A DNA stretch of 63,586 nt, the filler included, from Asterionella formosa (lineage: Eukaryota), in assembly GCA_002256025.1 (NCBI GenBank). It is 7 parts of 7 records of this genome, joined end to end, with 100 filler letters (N's around TTAATTAATTAA, not from the genome) between each part and the next. Parts side by side here need not be neighbours in the genome. Positions count along the whole stretch, not along the records: positions 1 to 27,326 come from NKIB01001536.1; 6 more parts are not named here. One strand, 5' to 3'. Positions 12,550 through 24,699 of the stretch are shown here, piece after piece. The notes below the pieces were generated by a model that was not told the origin of the DNA, ran no database searches, and saw only the letters and a program-made list of their open reading frames with translations. Each line of letters begins with the position of its first letter. The first letter of the stretch is position 1. Made by a program: the position numbers and the translations under genes.

Positions 12550-13086
12550 CTAGCGCTTGGGATTCACTCCATACGGACACGTTGGACAGTCCAAGTTTCG
12601 CATAGCCTGCAACATGAATTCCGCATCTTCGTCCATCACTTTCAAGTTGCAGTCCTTTTCCGACAGGGGCAAAGGCAACTCAAGAATCATGGTCGCTTCT
12701 TCTCGGGCCGATGTAATTTTACAACCAGTCATGGCACGCCTTCGTCTTGCTCCCTTAGCAGTGGGGTTATTGTCGTAGATGGACCCTCCCGACTCGTCCC
12801 CAGCTGCCAAGCGCTCGAAATTTCGAGCATTTTGGCTATAAGAAGCTAGTGCACAACCAGGGGAGGGGACAGATAGGAGGAAAGCAGCCGATACGAGAGC
12901 CGCCTTCTCAAAAATAATTCTTCGGGATAGTTCGGCTTTTACCAAAGATACATTGATTCCGACTACCGGTTCATGATCAAGTTTCCCATTGACTATTTTC
13001 TCACTTGGCTTTGTTTGAAAAGTGAAGCAATCTACACTGAAAAAAAGAGATATCAAAGCCAGACAAGTAGCAACTAACCTCGTCAT
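12550..13086 (-). CDS. Putative plastid/thylakoid-lumen-targeted protein of unknown function, ~178 aa
   Basis: Starting at ATG 13086: signal peptide MTRLVATCLALISLFFSVDC-F, then a transit-like region, then SRR + hydrophobic stretch + ALA (Tat-type lumen signal). The C-terminus has a CPTCP motif. Confidence 0.75.
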   Translation of the reverse strand: MTRLVATCLALISLFFSVDCFTFQTKPSEKIVNGKLDHEPVVGINVSLVKAELSRRIIFEKAALVSAAFLLSVPSPGCALASYSQNARNFERLAAGDESGGSIYDNNPTAKGARRRRAMTGCKITSAREEATMILELPLPLSEKDCNLKVMDEDAEFMLQAMRNLDCPTCPYGVNPKR

Positions 13087-13560
13087 CCTTCCGTTCGTTG
13101 AAAGATATAAACCTATATGAAACATCAGTACATACAGAGCGAAAAGAATGTGGAAACCTTTTTACCAACAACTTTGATGGTGGTATTGTTGTTGAACAAG
13201 ACGAAAATGTGAGTCATGTCAAGATATTGTTTTGGTCTGACCTTTTGTCTCGCAGCTGCTTCCGAACCGTTTGTATTAGCTGGAAATTTCTGGCAGCCAA
13301 GGATGCATATAGCGATATGAAGTGATCGATAGGCTGCAAGTTAACATGCCGGTAATAAAATGGTGTGCTGCACAACAGTGCATATCTAGAGATATACCGG
13401 TATATATATATTACCGCCATTGACTACCAGCACCAGCAAGTTACGGTCATTTTGCTTAAATAGACAATTTAATGAGGGATAAAAACAGCTAAATCTTTAG
13501 TTGAGCAAAATTACCGCAACTTGCAGGTACCAGCTACCATGTATGGTGGTTCGAAGTGGA

Positions 13561-13599
13561 GTACCTGGTACCAGGTACCAGGGTACCTGGTACTTGGTA
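13561..13599. repeat. (GGTACCW)n array in a divergent promoter region
   Basis: GTACCTGGTACCAGGTACCAGGGTACCTGGTACTTGGTA between the starts at 13086(-) and 13923(+). Confidence 0.85.
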
Positions 13600-13922
13600 A
13601 TGTATCGGTATTTCAATTCACGTAAACGCACATTCTTGTACCACAGGCAGAATTAAGTCCGCGTGGGTTCATAACAAACACAAAGTCACCGAATCCAAGG
13701 TTGCGCATGTCAAGAGAAGAAGATACAATGTCAAAGACTGTAGTGTATCTGCAATAGCTGCCTGGTAGCAGCATCGGTCCCCACTATAAGCAGATTTATT
13801 CGTACAATTGACTGGCAAGTGCAAACAGTGATCGCAACTGGGATCAATACTGCAGATACCGGTAAACAAGCTGATCGAGTCGCAAGAGAATCAGAGTCTG
13901 CCATAGTGTTTCCGTTGATCAG

Positions 13923-15197
13923 ATGAATAAATGGAAGCTGGTATTGATGCTGTCTGCATTGATAATTGCAGGATGCGCTCAGATTTTCTATAGCGCCATG
14001 ATTAGTAAACTTACTGGGACTACTGTTTCCGAGCTCGATGACCTGCCACCACTACCACCTCCCTCAGCACTCAAGGCAGGATTGATGACATTGTACCAAC
14101 ATGCACGCCCGCAATTGCACATCTCCCCAAACGACAGTTTTGGGGCTTGCCTGATGATGAAGGAAGACAATGATTTGCTCTATGAGTGGATAGCCTTCCA
14201 TTATATATCATTACCCCTTCGGTATTTATTTGTGGGCTCCGACTCAGGAAACACACAGGATCCTAGAGTCGTTTTGGATAGATGGAATGAGACTGACCTT
14301 ACCTATTGGGTCGTGGACGATAACTATTTTGTTAACAAGCATGGGCCAACGCCGTCACGAACGGAAGATGCTGAGCGAGCTCATCATGGGTTTATTCATC
14401 GACAACGTGGGTTCATTACTGTGTGTTCTGAATTTATGAAGGCGCAGAACATGTCCTGGGTCAGTTACCATGACAGTGACGAGTTTATAGTTCCTCATTA
14501 CGTGTCAAAAACTGAAGACGAAGCGAGGCAAGCAGCCGGAGATTTAGATTCGAAGGATGATGCACCATATTCGATGCGAAAACGATTGCACGGGGCAAAC
14601 ACTATTTTGGAGGCCATACGACGGGTCATTCAGGAAATAAAGCCTTGCTACACCATGCCTCGAGTATTGTTCAGCTCTCTCGAAAACATAACTTGCCCGG
14701 ATGCTGTCGAAGTAACAGAATTGGCTAAGCGAGAGTTTAATTATGGTCAAATGAGTACGTTGAGGTTTAAACAACGAGCGTCGCAAGGAGATTTTGCCAC
14801 TGGCAAGTTTGGAAAAGTTATTGTCGACTTGTCACGCATTCAAAATGTATCGGCGCCTCCCAAGAACATTCATAGACCATTCAAACCTGCTTGCGAATAC
14901 CCTGCTCCAGTATTTCAAACATCGCTCTTCTACATCAATCACTATGTTGGATCATGGGAGCGATACAGTTCGAGGATGGATGATCGACGCTCTTGCAAGG
15001 AATGGATGAGTCGGGCTTACTTTGACAAGGGGAATTCCTGCGATCAGCATATTCATGAGTGGTTCGCGCGGTTCATTGAAACGATGGGAACCGAGAAGGC
15101 CAAATATTTGCTGGGCGTCGATCGTGAAACAGAGACAACGAAGCCCGTGAATCGTCGTGAAGAGTGTCCTCCTGTAATTGCTATGAACGAAAAGTGA
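13923..15197 (+). CDS. Type II membrane glycosyltransferase-like protein (GT92/GT2-like), 424 aa
   Basis: N-terminal signal anchor, ACLMMKEDNDLLYEWIAFH, DxD motif in WVSYHDSDEF, GKVIVDLSRI, INHYVGSWERY. Single uninterrupted ORF. Confidence 0.8.
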   Translation: MNKWKLVLMLSALIIAGCAQIFYSAMISKLTGTTVSELDDLPPLPPPSALKAGLMTLYQHARPQLHISPNDSFGACLMMKEDNDLLYEWIAFHYISLPLRYLFVGSDSGNTQDPRVVLDRWNETDLTYWVVDDNYFVNKHGPTPSRTEDAERAHHGFIHRQRGFITVCSEFMKAQNMSWVSYHDSDEFIVPHYVSKTEDEARQAAGDLDSKDDAPYSMRKRLHGANTILEAIRRVIQEIKPCYTMPRVLFSSLENITCPDAVEVTELAKREFNYGQMSTLRFKQRASQGDFATGKFGKVIVDLSRIQNVSAPPKNIHRPFKPACEYPAPVFQTSLFYINHYVGSWERYSSRMDDRRSCKEWMSRAYFDKGNSCDQHIHEWFARFIETMGTEKAKYLLGVDRETETTKPVNRREECPPVIAMNEK

Positions 15198-15511
15198 AAT
15201 AATGTCTGAGGCGAGGATTTATCTTCTGCTTAAAAATACCTACCCGGTTGAACAGCCCAGAAGTCATCGGTAAATTTGCCGTATTACTTCCAAATAGGTT
15301 ACCAGTAATGATTTGTGTACGCAGGCATCCCGTGTGGGAAATCGAGTCAGCACAACACATTGTACAAGATACGGAGTATCACCAATTAAAACTCGGTGCA
15401 GAACAGGACAGGGACAGTCCGCACAAGAAAACGAACTCTTCAATTCAACAGTATTTAATTTATATTATTAATTGTACAAGATAGCGTTATGTTCCTCAGT
15501 TGCAGCCTAAT

Positions 15512-16081
15512 CTATTCACTTGGCGATTCGTTGTGTTCAATGTCACTGCCTATGCTGACCTGAGCAGGAGAATAGGTTCGCAACGATTGGATTGCTAAGG
15601 AATCAGGCTGTGGGCAGAAGGATTGGGCAACCCCGTCTTCCCAAAAGGAAGATGAGTTGTTTGTATAAAGATCTTCGAGTGAAACATCATCGCAAATGGA
15701 GGTATCCTCCATTTGATCAGGTAAAGGCTCAAAGTAGAAGGAATAATCAATGTTTTCAGCGGTCTTTTCGTTCCAAGAAAAGTGAATTTGATGTCTAAGA
15801 TGATCACGGTGCTCAAGTTCCTCTTTACATGGTGACAGGGGATAAGGACTAATCGTGTCATCGACGGGCTCAGAAAAATGCTCGTCGCATTCGTGGTCAC
15901 TTCCTTCCATGGTAGAGATAGGGTTGGCTCGACACACCATCATTGGCGAGATATCTCCTTGGTCTTGATGGCGAAAGATGGACATGTTGACGAGTTCATT
16001 AGATGGTTGGTTGGCGAAACAATCAGATTGAATAGGTTGGAAGTATGATGCAAAGTGGTTGTGTGGATTGGTGGAGCTCAT
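15512..16081 (-). CDS. Hypothetical acidic, likely disordered protein, ~189 aa
   Basis: Open frame from ATG 16081 (MSSTNPHNHF...), rich in S/D/E/P, lying in the gene island divergent from V-ATPase B. No recognisable domain. Confidence 0.5.
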   Translation of the reverse strand: MSSTNPHNHFASYFQPIQSDCFANQPSNELVNMSIFRHQDQGDISPMMVCRANPISTMEGSDHECDEHFSEPVDDTISPYPLSPCKEELEHRDHLRHQIHFSWNEKTAENIDYSFYFEPLPDQMEDTSICDDVSLEDLYTNNSSSFWEDGVAQSFCPQPDSLAIQSLRTYSPAQVSIGSDIEHNESPSE

Positions 16082-16937
16082 GATCTGAAAAGTTTCTGTG
16101 TATTCAAGAACTTTCTCGAGAGATTTATATTTTATGATCAAGTTGCAGCGGTAAATAAGGGTGATCGTATGAGATTTTAGAAACCAAATTGTGAGTCAAT
16201 TTTGGTTTGTCGGTGTCTTGCACACGCTAACAACTTTGGTACACTTCGGCGAAAATGGTTTTCGTAGCGACTTCTAATCTTACTTTGAATTTAAATTACT
16301 ACCGCTATGAAGAATATATATAAACAGTATACGAATATTCGAGTATAAATATCAGGTCTTACGTTGCGAACTGGATTGGAAATGTTGAACACACTTCAAA
16401 ACAAACGATCCTGGACACATAATGTCGAGCATCGAGCCACTCCAACTCACGGAGTATTCAAGTTTAAAAAACCGAAAATTCAGTATATTTCCTCCGTAGA
16501 ATTGAGTGGCGCACCACTCCGAGGCTGCCGTGCCACAAACTGAAATGAAGTCGAATAATCGAGGGTGCCCAGTCCAAGATATTTCCCAACGGAGATCGAT
16601 CAAATATCTAACATAAAACATTGAATATTTTCAACCCTAAAACGAGCGAGCATTTATTGGTTTACGGGATTTCACTTAGCTATTTCAACGCCATAAAAAA
16701 AACTGACGTTCGCTCAATACGTATTGTTACAGACGCTGGCATGCTCAATAGAAACCCTAAGTACAACTAGGGTTATTTTTCTCTTTTTCGGGTTAGGGCT
16801 TTCGAGCAATGTGTGATCGCCGAAACTTTGCACGTAAGTATCTTTCTTGTGGTTCCGTCGTCGCTCGCCTCGTCTTCTTCTTATTTAGCATTGCCTTCAT
16901 CACGCACAATCGAAAGTCTGAGAGAATAATATCCACC

Positions 16938-18832
16938 ATGTCTCATCACGAAGCTGAACGATTCATCCCTATTCGTAAAAAGCTTGACCAGATTTCTCTT
17001 GTCAAGGACTATGCCACAATCCCTCGCCTGGAGTATCGGTGAGTTCGTCGGTTGGAATGCGATTTTGTTGTGGAAGCTTCGTGTGCGTCATGTGACCATT
17101 CGGGCACAAGGTGCTAATCTATCTGCCATTATGGTCTCGGGCAATTCTCTTTTGAAGCATGGCAATGAGCTATTGAAACTGTTTATCTGTGTTGCAGCCA
17201 AGGCGAATGCATGTTGTGACGAAGATCAAAGCGCAGGAAAGCGCCATTGTCTTTCCCATATATAGCCGTTCAGCGAGCAATGTAGGCCGGCGGAGTTCGC
17301 ACGTACATACCAGTAGGATTCGGATAGTGATTCTAGCCGTTATTTTATACCTAATATTCTACGATGACCCCTATTATTTCACCGTATCTCACATCTTAAC
17401 TTTTCATGACAGTACCATTGCCGGTGTTAACGGTCCGCTTGTCATCTTGGACAATGTCAAGCTTCCTAAGTATGCAGAGATTGTGAACTTGACTCTTGGA
17501 GATGGTACCACTCGTTCCGGGCAGGTCCTTGAGGTCGCTGGATCTCGTGCGATCGTTCAGGTGTTCGAGGGAACTGCTGGTATTGATAACCGTAAGACCC
17601 GATGTGAATTCACCGGTGATGTGTTGAAGATGGGAGTTTCCGAGGAAATGCTTGGTCGTTCCTTTAACGGATCCGGAAAAGTTATCGATAACGCCCCCAA
17701 GGTACTCGCCGAAGCGTACCTCGATATTAACGGTCAGCCCATCAACCCTTCTTCCCGTGATTACCCCAAGGCTATGATCCAAACTGGTATTTCAGCTATT
17801 GATGTCATGAACTCCATTGCCCGAGGACAAAAGATTCCTATTTTCTCTGCCGCCGGTCTTCCTCACAACGAGGTTGCCGCTCAGATTGCCCGTCAAGCAT
17901 CCCTTGTCCAACAAAAGGACACCATGGATGGACATGAAGAGAACTTCGCTATTGTTTTCGGGGCCATGGGAGTCAACATGGAGACTGCCCGTTTCTTCCG
18001 TTCCGATTTCGAGGAGTCTGGCGCTATGCAGCGCACAGCTCTGTTCCTCAACTTGGCTAATGATCCGACCATTGAGCGTATCATTACCCCCCGTCTCGCG
18101 CTTACCACTGCGGAGTACCTAGCCTACGAACGTGATTTGCATGTTTTGGTCATTCTTACTGACATGTCTTCATACGCTGACGCCTTGCGTGAGGTTTCCG
18201 CAGCTCGTGAGGAAGTCCCTGGACGTCGTGGTTACCCGGGTTATATGTATACGGATCTTTCCACTATTTACGAGCGTGCCGGACGTGTGGTCGGACGTAA
18301 CGGTTCCATTACCCAGCTTCCTATCCTTACCATGCCCAACGACGATATTACCCATCCTATTCCTGATCTTACTGGGTACATTACTGAGGGGCAGATTTAC
18401 CTGGATCGTCAATTGCACACCAAGGGAATTTTTCCACCTATTAACGTGTTGCCTTCGCTTTCTCGTCTGATGAAATCTGCCATTGGAGAGGGTATGACCC
18501 GATCGGATCACGGTGATGTTTCCAACCAGCTTTATGCTTCCTATGCTATGGGTAAGGATGTCATGGCAATGAAGGCCGTGGTTGGAGAGGAAGCCTTGTC
18601 GATGGAAGATCACTTGTATCTTAACTTTTTGGAGCGTTTCGAGGGCAAGTTTATTGCACAAGGACCGTACCAGGCCCGTTCTATCTTCGAGTCCCTCGAT
18701 TTGGCATGGTCCATTCTCCGTGCTTTCCCCAAGGAACTTCTCAAGAAGATCCCCAAGAGGACCTTGGACGAGTTCTACGCCCGTCGCCGCGAAGCTGCCG
18801 AGGACATGAACAAGGCCGATGCCTCCGCCTAA
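16938..18832 (+). CDS. VMA2: V-type H+-ATPase subunit B, 2 exons, ~506 aa
   Basis: Exon 1 16938-17038 (...PRLEY-CG|GTGAGT), 374-nt intron, exon 2 17413-18832 ([24 protein letters not shown]). Motifs [34 protein letters not shown] and [14 protein letters not shown]. Confidence 0.97.
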
Positions 18833-19160
18833 TCATCAAGCAGTGTTATTCACGCATTTAACCGTTTGTATTTGAGCAAATAAATTCCATTAGCATCAGT
18901 TTTCGATGCATTATTACCGGTATGTAATGAATTCAGAAGAAAGTATAATATTTCAACTCTGTAGGCTTGCTCCCTTGAACCTCGTGATAATCAAATTACT
19001 TTCCAGATTGATTAGATTTTCGGAAGATTGAACAAGTAGCAACCAATTCTTTGAAGTAGGATGACCTAGATTTTGGGAATGGTATACCTCTAATAATCTT
19101 CAATTATAAAATTTGCAATTGGTGTCCTATTGATTTTGCATGTCAGTTCCGATGAGTTCT

Positions 19161-19202
19161 GGTACCAGGTACTTGGCAGGGAGTACCAGGTTACCAAGTA
19201 CC
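19161..19202. repeat. Degenerate (GGTACCW)n array
   Basis: GGTACCAGGTACTTGG...GTACCAGGTTACCAAGTACC between the V-ATPase B 3' end and the Harbinger left TIR. Confidence 0.7.
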
Positions 19203-19346
19203 GTTATCTACTCCTGTGTCGGGTGCATGCATATAATAAATCTATATATATACACCAGTACAAATATATAACATATCTCTATATATACACCAGTGGTACA
19301 CAAACAAAAAATTGAAAGTATATTGGTGAGTTTACTACCGGTATTA

Positions 19347-22300
19347 GGGCCATTTCCTTAGGCCTGATAAATCCGATCTTTTTTTCTGATAAACAAACCT
19401 GGAAAAAAGGCAAAAAATTTTAACAGCAAAATCGAGATTGGGCCCAATCTCGATTTGCTGTTAAACCGTGATGTGCTATTTGTGTAGCCAATCATAATTT
19501 TGGTTGAGGGTGGGCTTTCATTGCTGTTTCCTTGGCTGGCGTGTTGTGCTGGTCTGGTGTGTTTGGTAATTGTCACACATCACCTATTTATGTTAAATAA
19601 CAAATAATTTTTACCATTGCCATATTTCACCATCAGTGAACAGTCGTCAACGTTGGTAACTTCCAAGAACAACCAGCCATTCGTCTTCCTTCCTTCCATG
19701 GTGGTTACAACATGGAACAGCACTCCTCCTCTGTGACCTGCTGCTGGCAGCAAAGGATAGTCAGCTAGTGGATCGCAAAGCTTAAGGCTTCCACGTAACC
19801 AAGCACTTCCTGGAGTCACAGCGAACACTGATGAGGTTGATGAGCCTGATTATGAACCTGTTGCAAGGCGCCTCCTCCTTCCCTCACACATTGAATATAA
19901 TCAGTTTTTGATCTGGATCTTGTGCTTCTGCTACAGGTAAAGAGAGCGGTACATTACTGCCTCTTGCCTCTCTGGAAATACTCCAACAAGACTTCCATGG
20001 TTGACCCTGCTCTTTTAAATCACGTAATGTCAGTATGGCCTCTACCAAGCACCATGCAGATTTTTTCATTTACCGAAATTCGAAACTTGGATACAGATGA
20101 AGCACAAAGCATGGGCAAATAATAATTTTAATAAGCGAGGCAAACATATTAAGAAAAGTGTATCAAGTTCCGGTTCGAAAGCGTCAATTCAAAAACGGTT
20201 GGTTGCATGGTTTCATATCAGATGCATACAAGACAAGGGGAAAGTGAACAATTGGATCTGACCTATTTCGCTTTCCCATAATTGGAGCAGTGCAGAAACT
20301 GCTCGGCTTATAGAGAATATGATTGATCTTACTATGTTGCAGCCAAGGATTGTTTACTCCACCAACCTGCTGTCTGAGGAGAGATTGATGGGGCTCCGGG
20401 TGGGTCCATCAATGATACTGCATGAAGTGGTGTGATTTCAGCTAGTTTCAATGATTTCACAAGATACAAGCCTTCATATAGGCTCCCAGATGATGTCCAA
20501 TTGGAGGAACTTGATCCCAACTCTGATCAAATTCCCAAGCGAGGTGCAGACTCCTGTAAATTGCAATGGGCGACCATGACGCCGGAATTTTCTTCGAAAT
20601 ATTCGAGATGGGGCCAATCTGGTCAAATGGACACAGACACTTTTCCTGATTTTTGCGATTCATTGCCATATTTGATTTACATGCTGCTCAAAGTGATGGC
20701 GGGGAACCCCATTCTCATGGGTCAAACTCTTCGTTTTTGGCCAGCAACAATCTCAACAGACAACTTAGATTTGGAAGGATTGTGCAATGTTGTAAACCCG
20801 GGCGGTGCAACAAAGAAGAATAACTGGCAATAGCGATGATGACTTTATCCCTGAATAGGAGAGGATGAAATGGATGATAGTTTTCCAATTTCATCAAATA
20901 GGAAGTAATGGAAGAAATGAGAGTCATCATCAATATCATTGAATTGTCATGTAAACAAGATAGCTGATGCAACAATGGCAGTTGCTGGCTGCGGCATTGA
21001 ATAACTTGGGTAATGCTGCAATTCAGCAAACGCAGGTAGCAAGCAAGTGCAATCGATGATTTTAAAAAAATGCTCTTGCACAGCAAGAAGGTTGAACAAG
21101 AATTAGACTTTGTATCTGAGGAAATCAAGAGCAAGAAGTATATTGATTCTTTTAATGTAAAAAGAAAGAAGGCAAGGTTTGCATTAATCAGTAACAGAGC
21201 AATGACTTGAATGAGAAACTGGAGCATTCAAATAAATCATATTCAAGGATTACTGATGATGATATTCCTGAATCAATTGGTGACAACAGGAATGATTTTG
21301 GTAGCTAGTGAAAGTGATCATGAGAGTAATCAAAGGTAAGTAGTGATTTATAAATGAGTAGTAATTATGCTGCCACAATTTGCCCTGTTGGTGCTTGGAC
21401 CTACAAGTGCCCTAAAGATTGCTGAGGGCGCAACACTTGAGCATCTTCAAAAGCATTAGAGATTTCAGTCCTAATATGGCAATCAGTGCAGTTCATCTTT
21501 CCTTCTGGAATGGCTATATTTATATGCTATTCCAAATATATTTTATCCTGATGATGAATTGTATTGTCATACCCACCAATATGCTTTGCAGTTCTCAATC
21601 TTTCCACTCGGTTCTACTTCCAAAATATCCCATTCCAGAACCGATAATTGGGATATTGGCCATGTCATCTGCATCAATTGTGAAGATTGTGGCAAATGCA
21701 ATACATGATAACAGTTATCAAGTCAAGCTTAAAGATGAGAGGCCTCCACAACACTCCCCATCTTTCATACACTATGCCGAAAACCCATCCAATAATATTT
21801 CATTTCACCCTGCTAGTAGAAGAAAGTAATTGAATGAATCTTTACATGGAGCTGCCTCTTGAAATAAGAAACTGACTTGGCAACATTCATCAATTTATGT
21901 TGGACCTGCCAAAATGTGAAGCAACAAATGCACAATTTCATTAATGGAAAGTGCCCGCCTGTTGTGTGTTCTTCTAGAAAGCTTATTTTTTGTTCAATTT
22001 TGAAGGAATCCTTGGATCAATAAGGTTTCTCAATAAATCATAAGCATAGTATCAAACCATTTGAAACATTGCATAGAAAGTTACAGCATCAAGCATTTGG
22101 AACTTACGCATGAATTGGTCACGAAACAAGGAATAAAGTTGACCTCTTCTGTGGCGATAGTCTCTGACCTTTTCCTTAATTTCTTCGCTTCTTCATCGCT
22201 TTCATTGTTATTGTGGCAAAGGGTGGCATACCCCAAAAGCGCAAGGAGTCTTGGCTGAAGTTGTCCATTGGCGATGATGCTTGACATGACATGAACATTT

Positions 22301-22589
22301 TTTACATTTGTCATGTATAATAACGCACTTTAATGCTGATCTCCTGTATCAAAGAATAACGTTTGACTGTTGGGAGCAACAACCCAACATCCAATTAAAA
22401 TTCATGAAATTCCTGCCAAACCCATACTGATGCATTCATGGACTATGAACAAATTCATGATGTAAGTAGGCACCCTAAGGGAACCAACAGACAAATGTGA
22501 TAAAACGTCTTTTACATTATAACATATTTTATCAGAAAATTATCGGGAGAATTTTACTTTTACCAGCCCTACATAAAGGAAATGGCCTC
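19347..22589. mobile_element. Decayed PIF/Harbinger DNA transposon with imperfect TIRs and two convergent ORF remnants
   Basis: Left end TTA|GGGCCATTTCCTTA...TTTTCTGATAAA; the right end reverse-complements to GAGGCCATTTCCTTT...TTTTCTGATAAA. Minus strand near 21700-21850 gives DSFNYF...FGIVYERWGVLWRPL...CHNLHN (DDE_Tnp_4-type C-terminus). Plus strand 20432-20833 gives KYSRWGQSGQMDTDTFPDFC (probable accessory ORF). Confidence 0.75.
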
Positions 22590-22615
22590 TTTCTGATATA
22601 CCACTGAGTGCACAT

Positions 22616-22647
22616 GGTACCCTGGTACTGGTACCAGGTACCAGCTA
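22616..22647. repeat. (GGTACCW)n array
   Basis: GGTACCCTGGTACTGGTACCAGGTACCAGCTA just outside the Harbinger right TIR and about 225 bp upstream of ATG 22873. Confidence 0.8.
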
Positions 22648-22872
22648 CAATACTGCCCCACTCAAATGTTTCTTGACGTGCGTGCGTCAGCGGTGCATTG
22701 AGGAAATCTATCTGAGAACTGACACTTGGATCACCGCGACGCCAAAAAATCATGATGATATCATCGAGTTAGCATTTTTACATGATAACAATAATTTTCT
22801 TTTGACTACCAGCCACAATAAATAGCCCTTGTTCTCTATCCAAAACACAGAGTACCTTTACCATCATCCGTA

Positions 22873-23845
22873 ATGGCGAGAGCTTTTGCTATACTATTTC
22901 TGCTGATTGGAGGCGCATTTTCCTTTTGCTCGAATTCGCCATCGCTCAGAATTGGATCAGAATCCAAACCAAATCATTACGTGCTGTTACAAGCAGCAAA
23001 GAAGCGACGACGAAAGCAACCTCCTGGCGCTCCAACCATGCCCGACTCAGTCGAAGATTCTGATGAAGGCACAGACGATGATCTTGCCGTTCTTTCTGAA
23101 GTTGCTAAGTATGAGTTTAAACCAGATGCATTCATTTCAAGTGACGACAGGGGAGGTGGATTTGGTATTCCCGGAAGCGATCCTCTGCAGTTGCCCGACA
23201 TCAAGGATCAAATCCGAAAGAAGGAAATGGAGGAAGAAATGGCGAGAATTGAGGAAGAGGAGGAAGAAAGCAGGCCCAGAATCAAGCGATCAGACAAGGT
23301 AGCGTTCGCAAGGGTAAGTTCAAATGTTTTCTGAAAGTGAATATTGTGAGGGGGTTGAATGATCTATTTAAGCGCTAACCTTTTCTATTTATTAGCTTTT
23401 GGAGCAACAACCTTACGCGGATTCCGATCCTTCCTATTTCGTAAAGGAAGAGTACAATACAGTTAGTGCGCTGCTCGGAGAAGGAGCAGCATCGTTCCTT
23501 AATATTCCACCGGGGCCATTGCAGGTGGGGCACTTTATCGGGGCATTAGTCATTGTTTTGATGGCTTTCGTTGAATATCCTGGATTTCCATTGACAAATC
23601 TTCCAACTCCTCTAAGAGGGTGCTTTCAAAGTGGCCTCGGAGTTGTGTATCTCATCAATACAGTCTTGGCAGTTCTAGCCGCACTCAAGGCTGGAGATAG
23701 AGGCACATCCCCTTTGTTGTGGGCAGTCAAGTGCTTTTCTGTTGGAGGATTAGCGTATGACCAACTGACGCAATTGCCTACAAAAGATGAGATCGCAGCA
23801 GCAAAGGCACGAAAAGGAGCGAGAGCAGCAAAGAATCTGAAATAG
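22873..23845 (+). CDS. Putative plastid-targeted membrane protein, 2 exons, ~296 aa
   Basis: Exon 1 22873-23313, GTAAGT..TAG intron, exon 2 23396-23845 in frame (FAR|LLEQQPYAD). Signal peptide MARAFAILFLLIGGAF-SF is ASAFAP-like; acidic coiled region; C-terminal hydrophobic helices. Confidence 0.85.
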
Positions 23846-24699
23846 GCACAGTAGTGTTCCTTCCAATAGTCCAATAAACACCATGATAGGCAGATCATGA
23901 AGTACAAAAAGAAGGTGAACAGAACCGCACATGTCGATCAATCGCCAGCTTCAATATATACATATCTTAAATCGAATCTTGTAAACAGGAATGGCTCAGT
24001 CACCCCACATTTCTTTCTGGAGAGCTCACATGACGCTCCCATTTCTTTCTATGATTGATATGCCAAATTCTCGTAGCAATGCAACATGTGTCATATTTGT
24101 AAGAGGTGTTTCCAACAACGCAGCCCAGGTTTGCTCCGCAAAGTGGCTGGCTATCCTTGATGTTATTGCCTTTTGATAGACTCATCTCCAGCTTTGCCCA
24201 CCAATCTGCTTGCTGTTGTTGTATAGCCTTCATACTTACAGAAAACAATCCCCAAATAGAGATTAATTGTTTTCTCAAATAGACATGTTTTGATGGACAG
24301 GTTGTTTTTGATTCTGATTGTAATATACAAAAAATCTACTTTGATGTCATGAGTTGAAAAGGTCCATTTAAGGGCCATTCTGTTGTTGGTCATCATTGGT
24401 GTATCATCTCTGATTTATGACACAAAAATGGCAGTTTGCATCAAATTTTTGTATCACCAATGGCTTTTTTGGTTTGATCACCAGTGTATCATGGGTGTAT
24501 CACTGATGTAATTTTTTGACCCCTGACCAATACTGTATCAGTCATACGGCTGTTGATTGCTGCGTATCACAACCATTGTCAGTGATAAAAAACTGTGAAC
24601 ATGCCAGCATCACATAAATATTAAGGCAACTGCAATTTGTTTTGTTGCTCATTGAAAATCAACCATATCAGTCCAACATGACAACACTGCCAATATCAA

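Noticed and set aside
17189..17412. Hydrophobic N-terminal extension on V-ATPase B in the ORF track
   Set aside because: It is intron sequence; the true exon 1 is 16938-17038.
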